NCBI GenBank assembly: GCA_040954595.2
Contig: CM082580.2
Coordinates: 3,214,783 to 3,278,782 of the forward strand
Direction: 5' to 3'
DNA from: Balanoglossus misakiensis
Taxonomy: Eukaryota > Animalia > Hemichordata
Length of the DNA stretch: 64,000 bases
Below are positions 1 to 15,000 of the stretch, piece by piece. Position numbers and translations under genes: made by a program. The notes beneath the pieces are model-generated. The model was not told where the DNA came from. It did not search any database and saw only the letters and a list, made by a program, of their open reading frames with translations. Each line of letters starts with the position of its first letter. Positions within the stretch are counted from its first letter, which is position 1.

Positions 1-3000
1 GGATCAAAAACAAGGTAAGGCACCAGTGAGCAAATTTATATACGAAACATGCAGATAGTGTAATATAAACACACCTCACCTGCAATTTGTGTTGTGATTT
101 GCCAATGTGCAATCACGTGGGGTGTTGATTGTGGTTATAAAATGAAATAGAAAACAGAAAGATAGTAAAAGCAGCCAAACAACATAAATGATGTAGTTAA
201 GTTATACACTTGCACTAACAAATTGAGCTGATTTGGGTGTTTTTTCATGTCATCTTTTATTAGAGTCCCATTGCTATCAACCAGTCTCCATCACTCCGGG
301 AAAAGTCTATCTTGTTGGTCAAGATGATGCAGTATGTTGAGAAAAGGTTTCCTGATGACTTGGAACTCAATGCACAATTCCTAGAACTTGTCAATTATGT
401 TTACAGGTAAGTTAGTAATACTAGTCATGTGTGAGTCGATAATACATTGTGTCAAACGTGTATCTAATATATGCTGTAAAACACTTTATTTTCGCGAGTT
501 GAAATTTTTAGCGATATTGAGAGAGGCCACTGTTTTGCGAGAAGTAATTTTCGTGTTCTCTTATTTCATTTACTCCATTGTTATCTCTTTAAAAAAAATT
601 ATGCGACTTTTTATTTTCACGTTATTTTGGCTCTTGCGCATTTTGCGAAAATGTATTGATCGCGAAAATAACATGTTTTACAGTATATATATATATATAT
701 ACAAGTTAACACCGGGGTTCATAATCCACGCTGTAGTACTCTTTATGTTTGTAAGAAAATAATGTACTTTATGCAGGCTAGGATAACTTGTCTCTTAAGT
801 ATTCCTTGTTTTGTATAAACTCACCCGATGAAATCTTTCATGCATTTTACTACTGCCTATCCAGCAGCAAGTTTTCATCTGATGAGTAAGTTCATTGTGT
901 ACTGTATTGAATTGAATAATGGAGAGAAGATGTGTAGGTTATATTTCATCTGTTTCGTTGTCAGGGATGAAAGCTTGACAGGCACAGAACTAACAGCGAA
1001 GCTGGAGCCAGCTTTCCTTGCAGGACTTCGATGTAATCAACCACATATACGGGAGAAATTCTTTGAGGTGAGTGACTTCCCCCCCCCTCCTTTCTTAATA
1101 ATAACATAAATGGTGTCTTGTATCAAACATAATTAATGAAAAAGGGGCAGCGAGAGAGACTTTGTCCCTTTAAAACAAGAAGAGAAGTTATCTCAATTAA
1201 TTATTAGTACATGTACATGTATTTGATAGTCATTTGAAAATCTGTTGGATTTCAAATGATGAACTCCACCTCATATCATTATTTCATCTGTATGTTCACT
1301 ACAGAAATATATGTCTTTCCTTGAGAAAAAATAAATTGTAGATGATGATTTTATTCAATTTGGTTTTTTTCCAGGTCTTTGATAACAGTATGCGGAAACG
1401 TTTGTATGAAAGACTGCTGTACATCACCTGTTCACAGAATTGGGAAGCTATGGGTACACATTTCTGGGTCAAACAGTGTATTGAGGTAAGCGGTGATTGG
1501 CAGTCAAGAATGCACAGGTTGAAAAGAATGAAAATTAACCCCATCACAAGATTCTGTCTAACCGAAGTCAGAGTGTGCTGAAAGTCAAAGGCATTGAGAC
1601 AAACTTCAATTTTCTTGAGTGTAATGGATTAAAACCAGATGTCAGGCCATTACGTGTACATACCAGATGTTACTGCTTCACGAACGTCTTTGTGCTCAGT
1701 CCAAGTTCATGTTCCTTTTGAATGAAACAAGGAAACTGTGTATGATACATGCAAAACATGCAACATTTCAATCAATCAATCAATCAGAGAAATTTGTATA
1801 GCGCCAGTATCTATAACAAGTGTCATACTCAAAGGCGCTTTCTGAATGTCTTGTTTGTTTTTTAAGAGGGCAACATGAAGTTGATTTCTTCAAAAACAAG
1901 CGTGGCTGTAAGTGACATGATATCCAGTCTGATCTGGTCTAGTCCAGTATTGACAGTCTTGGATTGCCATAAGTTGTAGTTGTACTGCATTACATATTGC
2001 ATTGTTATACAGGAAATTGGTTTACATGTGTTGTTGTTGTTTTTGTTTGCATGATCAGTTAATCTTTGCTGTGGGTGTCAGTGGTGTGTCTATAACCAGT
2101 TCATCTACCAGCCATCTGTTGCCGGCCATTATGACTGTCATCAATCTGGCAGACAGTCATGACAGAGAAGCTTTCACCATTGCTAACACCATCAAAGAGG
2201 AACCCATGGATGTAGAGACTATAGATACACACAAAGATGAGGTAAGTGGTATTCTTCGATATCAAATGACGTCAGACGCGCTCAGACGGCAGTTACGTTG
2301 GCATTCAAATTTCCAGATGACGGGCAACTTCAACAACGTGGTGCAGACAAAGACTGTGCAGATGAAACGCAATGAGGCTGAATGAGGCACAATACCTGAT
2401 ACATGTTACGTGTCTGGCAGTTCTAAAGTAATAACATACTCGGAAAAACTTTTACTGGATGCCGAAATATTGCTTGCCCGTCACCTGGAAATGGCAATGC
2501 CGTGGGTCACATGGCCAGATCACGTGATTGATAGTAAAGAATTAAGTGTTGCCCAATAGAATCTCACACCTCCAAGGACATGCGATCAGATTTCGAACAG
2601 GAGTTGGGGATAGTTCGTCTCACACCAGCCGCAGGTGAGTGTGGGACAAAATATCCATGACGAGTGTGAGAAATCTGATCCCCAGGTCCTCGGAGGTGTG
2701 AGATTCTCTTTCTCATCCAATCAGCACTCATGTCATACATGTCATATAACACTTTCATATTTGCGAGAGTGTGGGATTGATTTTTCCCACACTATCTCGA
2801 TCCAGCACTCCCAATTCAGATTGAACGGAATAAGCAATAAAAATATTAGCTTGTTAGCCCCACCCTTACTCTGACATTGAAGGGAAGGGAATATAAGTCA
2901 ACCGGAGGTGGTGTTTGAGACATTTCTAGAACTCAGGTATTCCATGCACATACAACATATAACACATAGATTATTGTCACAAATACATTTTCCCATTTGA

Positions 3001-6000
3001 CAAGGTGATTGTGTAATTCTGTCTACATTTTGATGTGATCTTTTCTTGTTAATAGGATGCAGAGATTGACATTGAGTTATCTCATCCTGAAGCAAGCAAT
3101 GCTGACTTGATCACATCAACATTGCATCTACAGCAGTCATTGAAGACAGCCAGCATAGATCCAAAACAACAGCTGCAAGCTCTGGCATCTCGCCACAGTA
3201 AATTTATTGAAACTATCAGAGAAGTCAAGGTGAGGAACTTTTACATAGGTGACATAAACACAGATAGATTATTATCCAGGTTTGTATATTCCCTGATGTC
3301 AAGAGGTAGTGCGTTCCACAGTTAATGGGCTGTATAAAAGAAGGCGCGGCCGCCATAGGTCTTGTTTTTGTAGGTTGTACATGTTAAGAGTTTCTTGGTG
3401 GATGAACGCAGTGTACATGTGGGTGTGTATGGCTGCAGTAGATCACTGATGTAAGCGGGAATCTAGTTATGGATAACTTTGAAAGTTATCAACAAAATTT
3501 TGTAGTCAATCCTGAGACGAACTGGTAACCAATGGAGCTGGGCAAGGACTGGGACCTGAGAAACTTGCTTATTAAAAGCAAAGATGGCAAATTTCAATTT
3601 TCTCAACATCCCATTGCAGAAACTGTGTGAAAACTACAATTTGATTTTCTTTTTTACTGTAGACGTATTCATTTTTGAAAGCCTTGTCTCAGCTGTGCCA
3701 TAGTAGTGTGGAGTTATCCCATCATCTGTGGACTGAACTTTTCCCGAGACTCTGGAAGATTTTCTCTGATAGACAACAAATGGTAAGTAGCAGTAATGAA
3801 AGGTATACAGTCACCTCCAATTTACATAGCGCCATATAAGGCTGAAATGGCGTATTTGAGTGTTCTGAAGAACGTATGGTGGCACTCCTTTTTTGCGTGT
3901 GCCACCCACTGAAAATTTATGATTGGTTAGATCGCAATTTACCATGGTATCTGTAGCTAAATTTGCATAGGTGACTGTATCCCTTGAACTTGGATGGGCC
4001 GATGAGATTATTCCATGATGCATTTTATGAAGAGTGAGAGGTCTCATTTGAGCTTTTGATGAGAATATTTCTTTGCATTTTTGACAAAGAGGTCTGTTGT
4101 GAGTGTGGAGGACAACATTCTGTGAAGGGTTTCATAGGGTTTGTTGTTATGTACATAATAATGTACAGTAAAACAGTCTTTATTTTCGCAAGTTGAAATT
4201 TTCGCGATATCGAGAGAGGCCACTGTTTCACAAGTATTAATTTTCGCGTTCTCTTATTTCATTCACTGTATTGTTATCTTCAAAAAAAAAATTATGTGAC
4301 TTTTTATTTTCACGCTATTTTGGCACTTGCGTATATCGCAAACATTTATTGCTAACGAAAATAAAGTGTCTTACAGTATTGAGTTTTCAGATCAACATAA
4401 AGAGAAAAATGAGTAGATATTAAATGTGCTTTAAAGTGATTTGGTTTGTAAATCTTTTTTTTTTGTCATTAGGGTTTAGCTGCTGAGATGGTTGCATTTC
4501 TGTGCAGTGGCAGTCATCAACATCAAAAAGAGTGTCAACCAAGTGCCATCAACACTTTTGTAGAAGCCATTTCACACTGTGTTCCAGCTATACCAATCAG
4601 ACCAAGTGTTCTTAAGGTACATTCCTTTCAATTTATTTTGTATCTTGAACATGTCTGTCATTGGTTAGGATGCAAGTATATTGTATGCAGTAAGGAAATC
4701 CAACCAATTAGATATGGCCTTGCATATGAACAGAAACATATTATAGTTCTTCCACATGGCATGATATCACTGGTTAACTTCAGTCATCAGAATGTTAGAT
4801 TGATGTATATCCCTAATTGTAATCCTTGAAATGTAGCATTAAGATCTCATAGTCTTTTGTTTATTCCAAAGTTGCTAAAACAATGAAAATAAAAGAAGTG
4901 AAATTTGGCATATTCCAAAAATAATTGATTTTGCCAACCAAGAACAACAGTTTAATATTAAGTGAATTTATAAATTTGTCCTAGTAGAGGATGTTGCTAA
5001 TTTTGACATGGAAAATTCAGTTTGTATTATATTGATATTTTCACAGTACTTGGGTAAGACTCACAATTTATGGCATCGTAGTACCTTGATGTTAGAACAG
5101 AATGCAGTTGATAGTGGATTCAATGCACCAATCCGACCCAGAGCGGCTAGTGAGTACTACGACCAGGAAGCCATTGTACCACCACAACAGGTAAAAGCTA
5201 ATGTACTATCCATCCGCATGTAAATGTCTAGTTTCTCAATCAAATACTGTAAAACACTTTTATTTTTTCGCGAGTTGAAATTGTCGCGATATCGAGAGAG
5301 GCCACTGTTTTGCGAGTATTAATTTTCGCATTCTCTTATTTCATTCACTGCATCGTTATCTTTAAAAAAATTGACGCGACTTTTTATTTTCAGGCTATTT
5401 TGGCTCTCGCGTATTTGGCGAAAAATGTATTGCTCATGAAAATAAAGTGTTTTACAGTATTACCGTACTTCAAGAATGCACTGTGACGCCCCCCACCCCC
5501 ACCCCCTACTTATCTTAATGTATACAGGCATTGAAATGATTTTTCTACATGAAAGGCTATTATCCATTCCCACTTTATAATAAATCCCCTCGCACTCTTT
5601 AACCTTTAACAGGCAAATAGATAGGGCCCAGCAAGCCAAAGTGTCTATATTGTACAATTCCATAGTGTAGATGAAAAAATGGCTCAACAACAGATTTTGG
5701 CCTAAGACTGGTGGTGTTGTACCTTTGTCAGGTGTTTTTCATGATGATGATGGTGGTTACTACATGTATTGCAGATTTTATTGCATTCAAGTGGTTTTTG
5801 TATGATCGTTGTACAGCCTGTTAAAATGTTGTTGTGCGTTGTTCTTGCTGATTATGACCACCAGGAAACGCTAGACTCATTATCGCAGCTATATGAGTTA
5901 CTTCAGGAAGAGGATATGTGGGCCGGTCTTTGGCAGAAAAGATGTCGATATCCTGAGACTGCTACAGCCATTGCTTATGAACAACAGGGTTTCTTTGACC

Positions 6001-9000
6001 AAGCTCAGACAGCTTATGAAATGGTGAGTTGTCATTCTCTACATTGTTGTAGGTTATCAATACACATGACACCACACTGTAGTACCTTGCCATACAATAC
6101 CACACTCAGCAAGCAATAGAACCATTTTAAATTTTAAATTTAATATCTATATTTCTAAAAATGCCCATGTACATGTTAAAGTCAAACTTCATAAAAATCT
6201 TAGGGTAACATTTCTCAATGAAATCAATAATTAATGTATTACTGTATTGTTGTGAAAAATTATTTATGTCATTATTATTCGTAAACGGTAGTGTTTTTAC
6301 ATTACAGTAAGTAGTTTGCACATCAAAATAAAGTCAAAGGCTATGAACATGTTTTAGTCTTGCTCATAAAATACAAATACTTTATGTGTACAATCAGTAA
6401 CTAAGAATATAGTCTTGTTAAAAATCACTTTTTCCAGTCTTTAATTAATGAAGTAGAAATTGTAATCACATGAATATGAATATCCACAGTTGACAATATA
6501 TTCCTACAAAAAGCACTCTTCTGTCTGACAATCAACAAATGGTTTGAGAATTTCAACAGATGCCAGTTGTCATAAGGCAATGGTGGGAAAATGTTGGCAT
6601 AGAGCTATTAAGGTTTTAGTTAGACTCTCTCACAGCCCCTCTCGTCGTCCATGCAGGATTATGGACTGATTGCATGTGTGCCCGCACAAACGGTGCTTCT
6701 CCCTTGCCAAACGGTTGAGGGCGCGTCAGTGAAGAGCCTTGTAGCGAACCGTGGGCTGTGAGAGAGTCTAGATTTTAGTCAGCTTTGGGCCTTAAGTTGC
6801 ATTGTCACTGATCTATGATGTGAGGGCTGTATGTAATCTTTTCCAGAAATCTGGTTGCTTGTATCGATCATCAGCTGGCCACACTATGTATGTCAGTGTG
6901 TTCAGCAAGGCTCTTATTTCAGAAGAAATTTGATTTCTAGGAATGTCTTCCAGCAGAATTATTATGATCTTTTCTTTGCTGCCCAAATGACAGCTGTGTG
7001 CTACCTCCATTTCAAACTTGCACCATTTACTGTTCAGGAAGTGGTTGGACATCACAAAGATGACTTTTCTGCTTCTGTTCATCAGCTCTGTAATGTTTTT
7101 AATTATCGGCTTTCCTATGGTGAAATCTCTGTCTGCAATACAGAGTTTGAAAGTGTGTGTTGAGTTCTCCTCTATCATCGGTAAGAGTTGATTAAACACC
7201 CAATCTTGGTTGTAGTGACTATGAGATATGAATGCATCGTAGTCACATTTGCCTGCCTCAGTTAAATTCTGGGAATAACGATTTCTATGATTTGGTCCAT
7301 ATTCACAAATTGTCAAATATACATTGTCTTTTAGACGAGGATAAATTACAATACTTGATACACAAACAACAACAGTTACTATGGCAACGATATATTGCAT
7401 GACGGATGACTTGCAGCCCATCTGCTCAAAGTCAATCATTTCTAAAGGTTTGTTGATGTTGTTGCTAGGCAGGACACACAGATAGGTTTGCCATGGTAAC
7501 GATCCATCACTGGTGAATTGAATTTCACTGTCTTGCAGCCAGGACTGGACCTCTTCCATGTCACAGTTGCAATTCAAAGGATTATTTTCAAAGTAAATTA
7601 CTGCCAAATTTGAAAGTTTTGAAAATGTTGCAAGATCCACTCTGGATAAATGATTGAAACTCAAATCTATTATTTGGATTGCTGGGTTATATTCGAAAAT
7701 GTCCGAACCCAGAAATGATATTTCATTGTTTGAAAGGTTCAGATGTCTGAGAGATGTCAAACTACGAAAATAAAACTGACAGACGGCTGTTATTCCACAA
7801 TGGGAAATGTCTAAATACTCGAGTTGAATCAAATCCTGAAAGAATATTTTAGTCTTTGTGTTGTCACAGTGAGCATGGTCTTCATTGAAACTTGTGTGGC
7901 TGAGAATGGCTCGGGTGATGGTCTTCTTGTGAGTGATGTTCGGATGATAGCCGTGATTGTAGTTCAGGATGAAAGTAGAATGTGACAAATCCAGAAAGAA
8001 CAAGCGCGGTAAGTCGATTGTGTCTGGTAGATTACTGACAACCCTCATCGAGACTTGTCTCAAACTGGAAGAAATCAACAAAGGAGCGCAATCTCTTTTT
8101 TGGCACTGCCTGTGAATCAGTCGATGGTCTGATGTTTTGGGTCCACAGAAAGAGATTTGAGTATCTCGCAGATTGAGAAGTTGCAAGTTTTTGGATCGGC
8201 GTATTCCAGCTAAGCATTTCTCACCACAGATAGTTATCCCTTGGTTTCTTGAAACAGTTAAATCACGAAAGGAGTCGCATACGAGAAGCTCCTCGAGGTT
8301 GTTTCCAGAAAAATCGACAACGCTTGATTTTGGAATGTCGATACAGTTATGTGATGAAAGACTTTCGATGTGGTTTTCCTCCAAGGAGAGCACTTGCAAA
8401 GATTTCAAATGAAAAAATGCAGCTTTAGAAATCTGAGAAATTTGATTGTGAGAGAGATTGAGTGATTGTAAATTGAGAGCATCAGAAAAAGTATAACTGT
8501 TAATGAGCTGAATTTTGTTGTAACTGAGATCAAGGTGTTGTAGCGTGGTCAGCCCCTTCAGCAGACCTATGTCTGTTATCACGTTGTTGGATAAATTCAG
8601 ATGGACTAAGTTAATAAATGTACTGAAATCATAATCATCCAGGTAAGATATTCTGTTTTGGCTGATATCAAGCTGTTGTAGTGTGTCCAGTCGTTCGTTC
8701 TTCCTCTCAAAAACCCGAAAGAGCCTGTCATCCACGTTGTTGATTTGCAAGGTCTTCACCGACTCCACACAAGAGACAACATCTCTGATGGCATAAACGT
8801 TCCCCTTCAAGACTAATCTCTCTGCAGATATAAACTGGTTGCCACTACACCCAAATGGTTGGAACACTCTTATACCTGGGTTTACGTCCATCTCTATACT
8901 CAGTGTGTGCACATGTGTTCCTTCCAGCAGCATTCTCTGACTGTAGATTTGAACCAGTTCCGGCAGTCGGTCACAGCTCTCGCCACCTGTGCCGGCTTGG

Positions 9001-12000
9001 TCTGCGGTGTGCAGTCGATCGTTTAAAACCTTGAAAATGGTGTCTTCTTGTCTCTCGCTGTCATGTGCGCTGTTTAACAGACACAGTTTATCGTAGAGGT
9101 CTTCGTGTAATGACATATGTAGCATCTCAAATGACGTGCATTGACGTTGAGCACCCTTTACTAGCGTCGATACTTCCAAGTGTTTGAAAAACAGATTGTC
9201 TTGAAGCTTGAGTTCTGTCAGACGTTGAAACTGACACACCCAGTCGCTCAGATGTTGCCCACCTGTGGTGTACTGTGTGTAGAGGTTATACATCAGCTTG
9301 TCACCCAAGTCAGCTGAGTCAGCCAGGTCGAGAAGTTCCAGCTGTTCCAGTTCTTGAATCATTCTTTTGTGCGTTTGACCCATGCGGAGATCGGAGACCA
9401 GAGTAGATTCGTGAAATTCTTCAATATTCGCATTATTGTTCTTGTTGTTGATGATGATTTGTTTCAGGGCAGGAACGCTTGTGGCTAGAGATAGAATAAC
9501 CATGTCACCATGAGGGAACTTGAACTTGTTGTTTGAAAGATCTATCCTTGTCAGTTGGGAGAGTCCATCAAAACTTGTCCGTTCCAGTGTAGAGATGTGA
9601 TTGTGCGAGAGATTGAGAAATCTCAGCTTGTGCAATTGCCCAAAGAGTCTCGTGTGGACTTGTGTGATCTTGTTAAAAGACAAGTCCAGATAAGTCAAGT
9701 TTGTTAATCCCGTGAAAACATTGTCTGTAATTAGCAAAATATCCCCAAAACTGTTCCGGAGAATCAAAGTTTGCAGGTTTGACAATCCTTCAAAAACTTT
9801 TGCATTGGACTCATTGAATATAAGACGGTTATCACAGAATTCCAATGATTTCAATTTGTGTAGGCCTTGCCACAAACATTTATCGACAAGCAACTTATCC
9901 CTGTTTTCAGCAACATTGTTGATTTTGAGTTTTGTCAGGTTGTGTAGCTCACTGAAGGTGTGACAGTGAATCTTAAAGTCATTGTTCGATGATATATCCA
10001 ACTCTTCCAAGACATCTAAGTTGGAAAGACTGGAGTTTGGAATGTACGCAAAATTATTGCCGTTCAAACTGAGTTGTCGCAGGTTTGGCAGATGGGTGAA
10101 GGACTCTTGGCTGAGTTGCTGTATTGAGCTGTCATGAATTGCCAATTGGCTAGTTGAAACTGGTAGGAATGTGGGAATGTCTGGCCATACTCCATGGTGA
10201 CAATCAAAATGTGCCCCGCTAGCGGCAGATGGTGTCGACCGGCAAAATCGAAAAGTTTCCGTGACAGCCAGGGAGTCATGTATCAAACAGAAAATGCTGA
10301 TAACAGAACATACTGTGGCATAATAGTAAACTAGTGAAGAAATGTTCACTGCATAGTCCAATATCCTCATTGTAGTTTCTTGGGTCAAGGTTAAAGGTCA
10401 GGGTCACTGGTGAGTTTCTTGGTTTAAGTTTTGGGCAGGTAAGACGTGTACAATGGATGACCAGATCACAGTGATGTGTCCAAAGGCTGGATATGGAGAA
10501 CTAAACATAATGTAAAAGAAAAACGAAAATTATATGATATTAATGGTTGTCGTCAGTTGACCTACTTTCATTAAATTTGCGCTTTGCAATGGATTTCAAC
10601 AATTCCAGGAAATTTGACTGAATAACAGTAACCATTGCAATCTTAAGTTCACCAACCCATTGTTTTCTATGGTAAAGTTGGTCCTCTGAAGTGGGAACTG
10701 GGGGGTGAAAGGGTTCAAAATCTGGTCAAAGTTGAGAGCAGAAAATAATGCCAGTTGCTGTGAAACTGTTGCATTCCATTCACACATACCTGTCTTTTTG
10801 AATATAAGATTATCTCAAAACGACCGTGGAAAGATTGCCCTGAGTTCATGCATGACTGGTGACACAATTTCTATGCAAGACTTGAGTGAGTTCCTTTGTA
10901 TTCACAGAGTTTGTACTTGCAATATCAGAGAAGGCTTCAAAACAACAGCATTGGCAGCATCAGTCGCGAGTAGTGTGGTTTAGAAATAACACAAATAGCT
11001 TCAGCTGCTGTCCCAGTACCACAAATATTTTAAGATGTAATTCAGTTCCGGGAGAGCTTCACAATCTTGAACCGTTGTGTACACGTCTGCCAGCAGACTA
11101 GTTAATGAATATTCATTATTCCAAGGTCACTTATTTTGTACCTAGCCAGTGCAACCTCAGGTACACCACCATACATGTACCTGAACATAGTATTTCTGGG
11201 ACCTGCTGCACACATTTTCAATTATACCTTATAATCTCCAGTGGGCACTGCAGTCTTTATACTTCATGTCATTGTATATCACAATAATTTGAGGAAATAA
11301 GTAAAGCACAAACAGTTGCAAAACGGTGTCTGTTCGATATTATGCATGAATGGCACCCTCACAGTCACGTACCTCATGAATATTCATGTATGGCGGGTCA
11401 ACAGGTAAAAGTGCCCTAGCTAGGTCATTTTCATAGAGATTCAAAATGTTTACTCGGTAACTGCCTGTACATATTGAACATAACAACAAATGTAAATTTT
11501 GAAGTTTAGAAATTGGTATTATGCAAGGTGTGAATCTTTGCACATCAGTGTAAACAATGGCTACACAAAATGCACTCGAAATAAACCATTGCATAGAATC
11601 CTAGAGTAGGCAGGATTTTGTTTGGGTTTGAAATAAAATTTCAAAGTGACTTTTGCAATGCAGCTTCTCATGACTGAGTGTCATTTCTCTGACGGTAGAA
11701 ATGTTGTCAATATATTGATCTCAAATGGCCTTAATTTCACATTTATTGATATGAAAGATTGTGGTGCATTTTCTCGGTTTATTCAATATAAGACCAGCTT
11801 CTTTCTGTGTATCACTAGTAACCTTTCAATAATCAATATTGATTCTGATTTTAGGCCATGAGTAAAGCCAGGACTGAGCACAACTCGCGTCCAGCATTCC
11901 CTGCAGTTTTTCCGGAATACGGCCTGTGGGAAGAGCATTGGATTCGCTGTTCCAAGGAACTCAGTCAGTGGGATTTATTGATGGATTATGGCAATGCTAA

Positions 12001-15000
12001 AGGTCACACCAACCCACATCTTGTTTTGGAGAGTGCGTGGAGGGTGCCGAATTGGTCTGTCATGAAAGAAGCCCTTGCTCAGGTAATGATGCATCCCTTT
12101 ATATCTGTCTCAGTGTCTGGCTTTCTCTGTCTGTCTGTCTGCTTGCATCCATCTTTCTGCACAAGTTTTTCAACATTTGCTTATTTTTTGTGGTTGGTTT
12201 AGTGATATAGAGAGAACATTTGTGTATTGAACATGACAAACGATTCATTGGTATTTCAAAATTGGTGTCAGATTTAGTCATCAAAATTATCTTCATACTT
12301 GAAATGATTACATGTATGTTGTACAAACATTGTTTAACTTTGATGACATCCTAAAGAAATATATTTGAAGAAAATGTGGCTGGATATTGTTATAAAAATC
12401 TGGCAAGCTTTAAATAGTCCATGCCCTTTCTCTTTTCTATAAAAGAACATATTTTATACAAGAAGTGGCATGTTTACATATACATGGAAATCTTGAAATT
12501 TTGCCTTTCTATGAAAGCTTACATACATTGTTACCTAATATAAGGTGATAGCATGTTAATAAACAACAAGACATATTCCCTCCTCCATGTAGGTTGAACT
12601 GAGCTGCCCTAGGGAGTTGGCATGGAAAGTGAACATGTACAGAGGTTATCTAGCTATATGCCATCCGGATGAACACCATCTCAATCTGGTAAGTCTACTC
12701 TCTGCATTGATCTCTGTCTTGCAATGTTGTTCTGTCAATTCTGGCTGCCTTCAATAGGTTTTCACTTTGTGCTAGGGGGTCAAATCACATTATAATAATT
12801 GCATTCTGGGTAAAAAGTCGACAACTCACTGTAGTGAGATAGAAGACATATGTTTACTGTATTTCATGACTTCCTTTGGTCAAACATTTCTGCCTTTGTA
12901 GTTGACATGTTAAAGTCATCCAACTTTTTAGTCGACTGACTGAATGTCTGCCCATTTGTCTAGTTGACTGTCTGACTTGCTTGCTATTGCTTGAAATTCT
13001 GGCTCTCACGTTCAGTTTGCTGAAAGTTCTTCTATGAAGCATGCATAAGCAGCTAGTGTTGTAGACACAACCAGGTTTGCAGGATTAGAAAATATATTAT
13101 TAATGTCAGGTCTTGTGACATGTTTCTCAAGATACTTTAAAGAATGTTGAAAAGACTTCATTTACTGAGTACTCAACCAGTCCTGTCTCATTGTGCGGAA
13201 CAAAATGATTATAAAAAATAGCAAAATAATTGTGAAGATGAAGATCTTCTGTCAATGTTTTGATCGGCAGTGATGAATAAGCTGGGGTTTTTTTTCTCTT
13301 CCAGATTGAGCGCTTGGTTGAGATGTCAAGTAGCCAGGCCATAAAGGAATGGAGAAGATTACCAACAGTAGTTTCACATATACACACACCACTACTACAG
13401 GTCTGGTTTGATTGAAATGAGTACATGTATTTTGCATGAGATTTATTGCAGACAGCTCTTGCATGTTACAACTGTAAATTTATCAATTGTCGCTGCAAAG
13501 AAGTTGTTATAGAAACTTGTTGCATTGAAATATGAAAGTGATATTCTGTCTGATGTTCACTGTACAATTGTCCACAATGCTTGTGCATATTCACCTGCTG
13601 CAAAATGGCATTTCTTGCCCCAAGTACTCTGGGAACGTCTGTGAATTTGGAGTGGTGTTCAAGTGTTTGAACTCTCAATGCCTTCAAAGTCTTCAGCTGT
13701 TATGCTGAAGAAGTTTGAAAGTGGGAATTCTGATGAGGATTGTGTTTCGATTTTTGCAGGCGGCACAGAGAATTATTGAATTGCAGGAAGCAGCGCAGAT
13801 CCACCAAGGTTTACAACAAACCAACATTGGTCGCAATTCCAGCATTCATGACATGAAAGCTATTGTGAAAACATGGAGGTAAGAGACATAGCGGATAGTT
13901 GATTGATCATGTTGGAACCAGAAAAGTCTAGGTCAGTTGGAGTGCTCGAAACAAACAAAAAAAGCCCCCAGATCATTCCAAATTGACTTGGTATAGGTCA
14001 CTGGTGAAACATTGCCATGTTGGAATGTTGTTTTGAAAATGCTGAGAAATACTCTATGTAACATTGCAGATAAGAATCTTCCAAACATCGAAAGCAGCAG
14101 TTGTATCATCATGCAATTTGTTTGAACATCGTGGTTTGTGGCCAAGAATCTTGCTACAAATGTGACAAATAAGCGTACAATATTTTTTTTCGGAGTTAAC
14201 GAAGCAGTACAAGAACGCGAAAGTTAACACTCATGTAACAGTGGCCTCTCTCGATATCACGAAAATTTTCAACTCGCGAAAATAACATATTTTACAGTAG
14301 TTGTCCAGCCACAGGTTGAGTCTGCCTAGTTGACATGCAGTTATGAAGTTAATTGATTGATGTTTATCTGGTTTGATTTCAGAAATCGTCTGCCAATGGT
14401 ATCTGATGACCTTTCTCACTGGAGTGATATTTTCATGTGGAGACAACATCATTACTTGACCATTGTGTCTTCCTATGATAACCATGCTACTCATGATCCG
14501 GTGAGAATTTTGCTCTCTTCATTTCAAAGCATCAGATTATCAAGGCACTTTACGTGAAAACAGCATTCCTATTACTTACTGTAGGTTATCAATTATATGC
14601 TGACGTCAGACTGACACTGGGAAAAGTTCTAGACCAAGATAACAACTGCAAATCTTTCTAATATTATATGTGTCAACTAAGCCATTTTCATGACTCAACG
14701 TGACCAACGTGATCATGCATTTTTAGATGGTGTTCAGAATGTTGACATTTCGCAGTGAGAAAAATGCAAATTTCACAGGAAAATAAGTAACGGTAGCTTA
14801 TCAATATGATATTAGTTGTCTGTTGCAATCAAATTGGCAAATTCATGCCAATAAAACTGCCAGGATGTAAGACCTGGACTACTGAGGTCATGAACATGTC
14901 TGATTGAGAAGAGTCATTTACCACTCGGTGCATGTGATCGTTTCCTATTTTGATGTGCACTACCAGAAGATAACATTAATCTCATTATTATTTGTTCATT

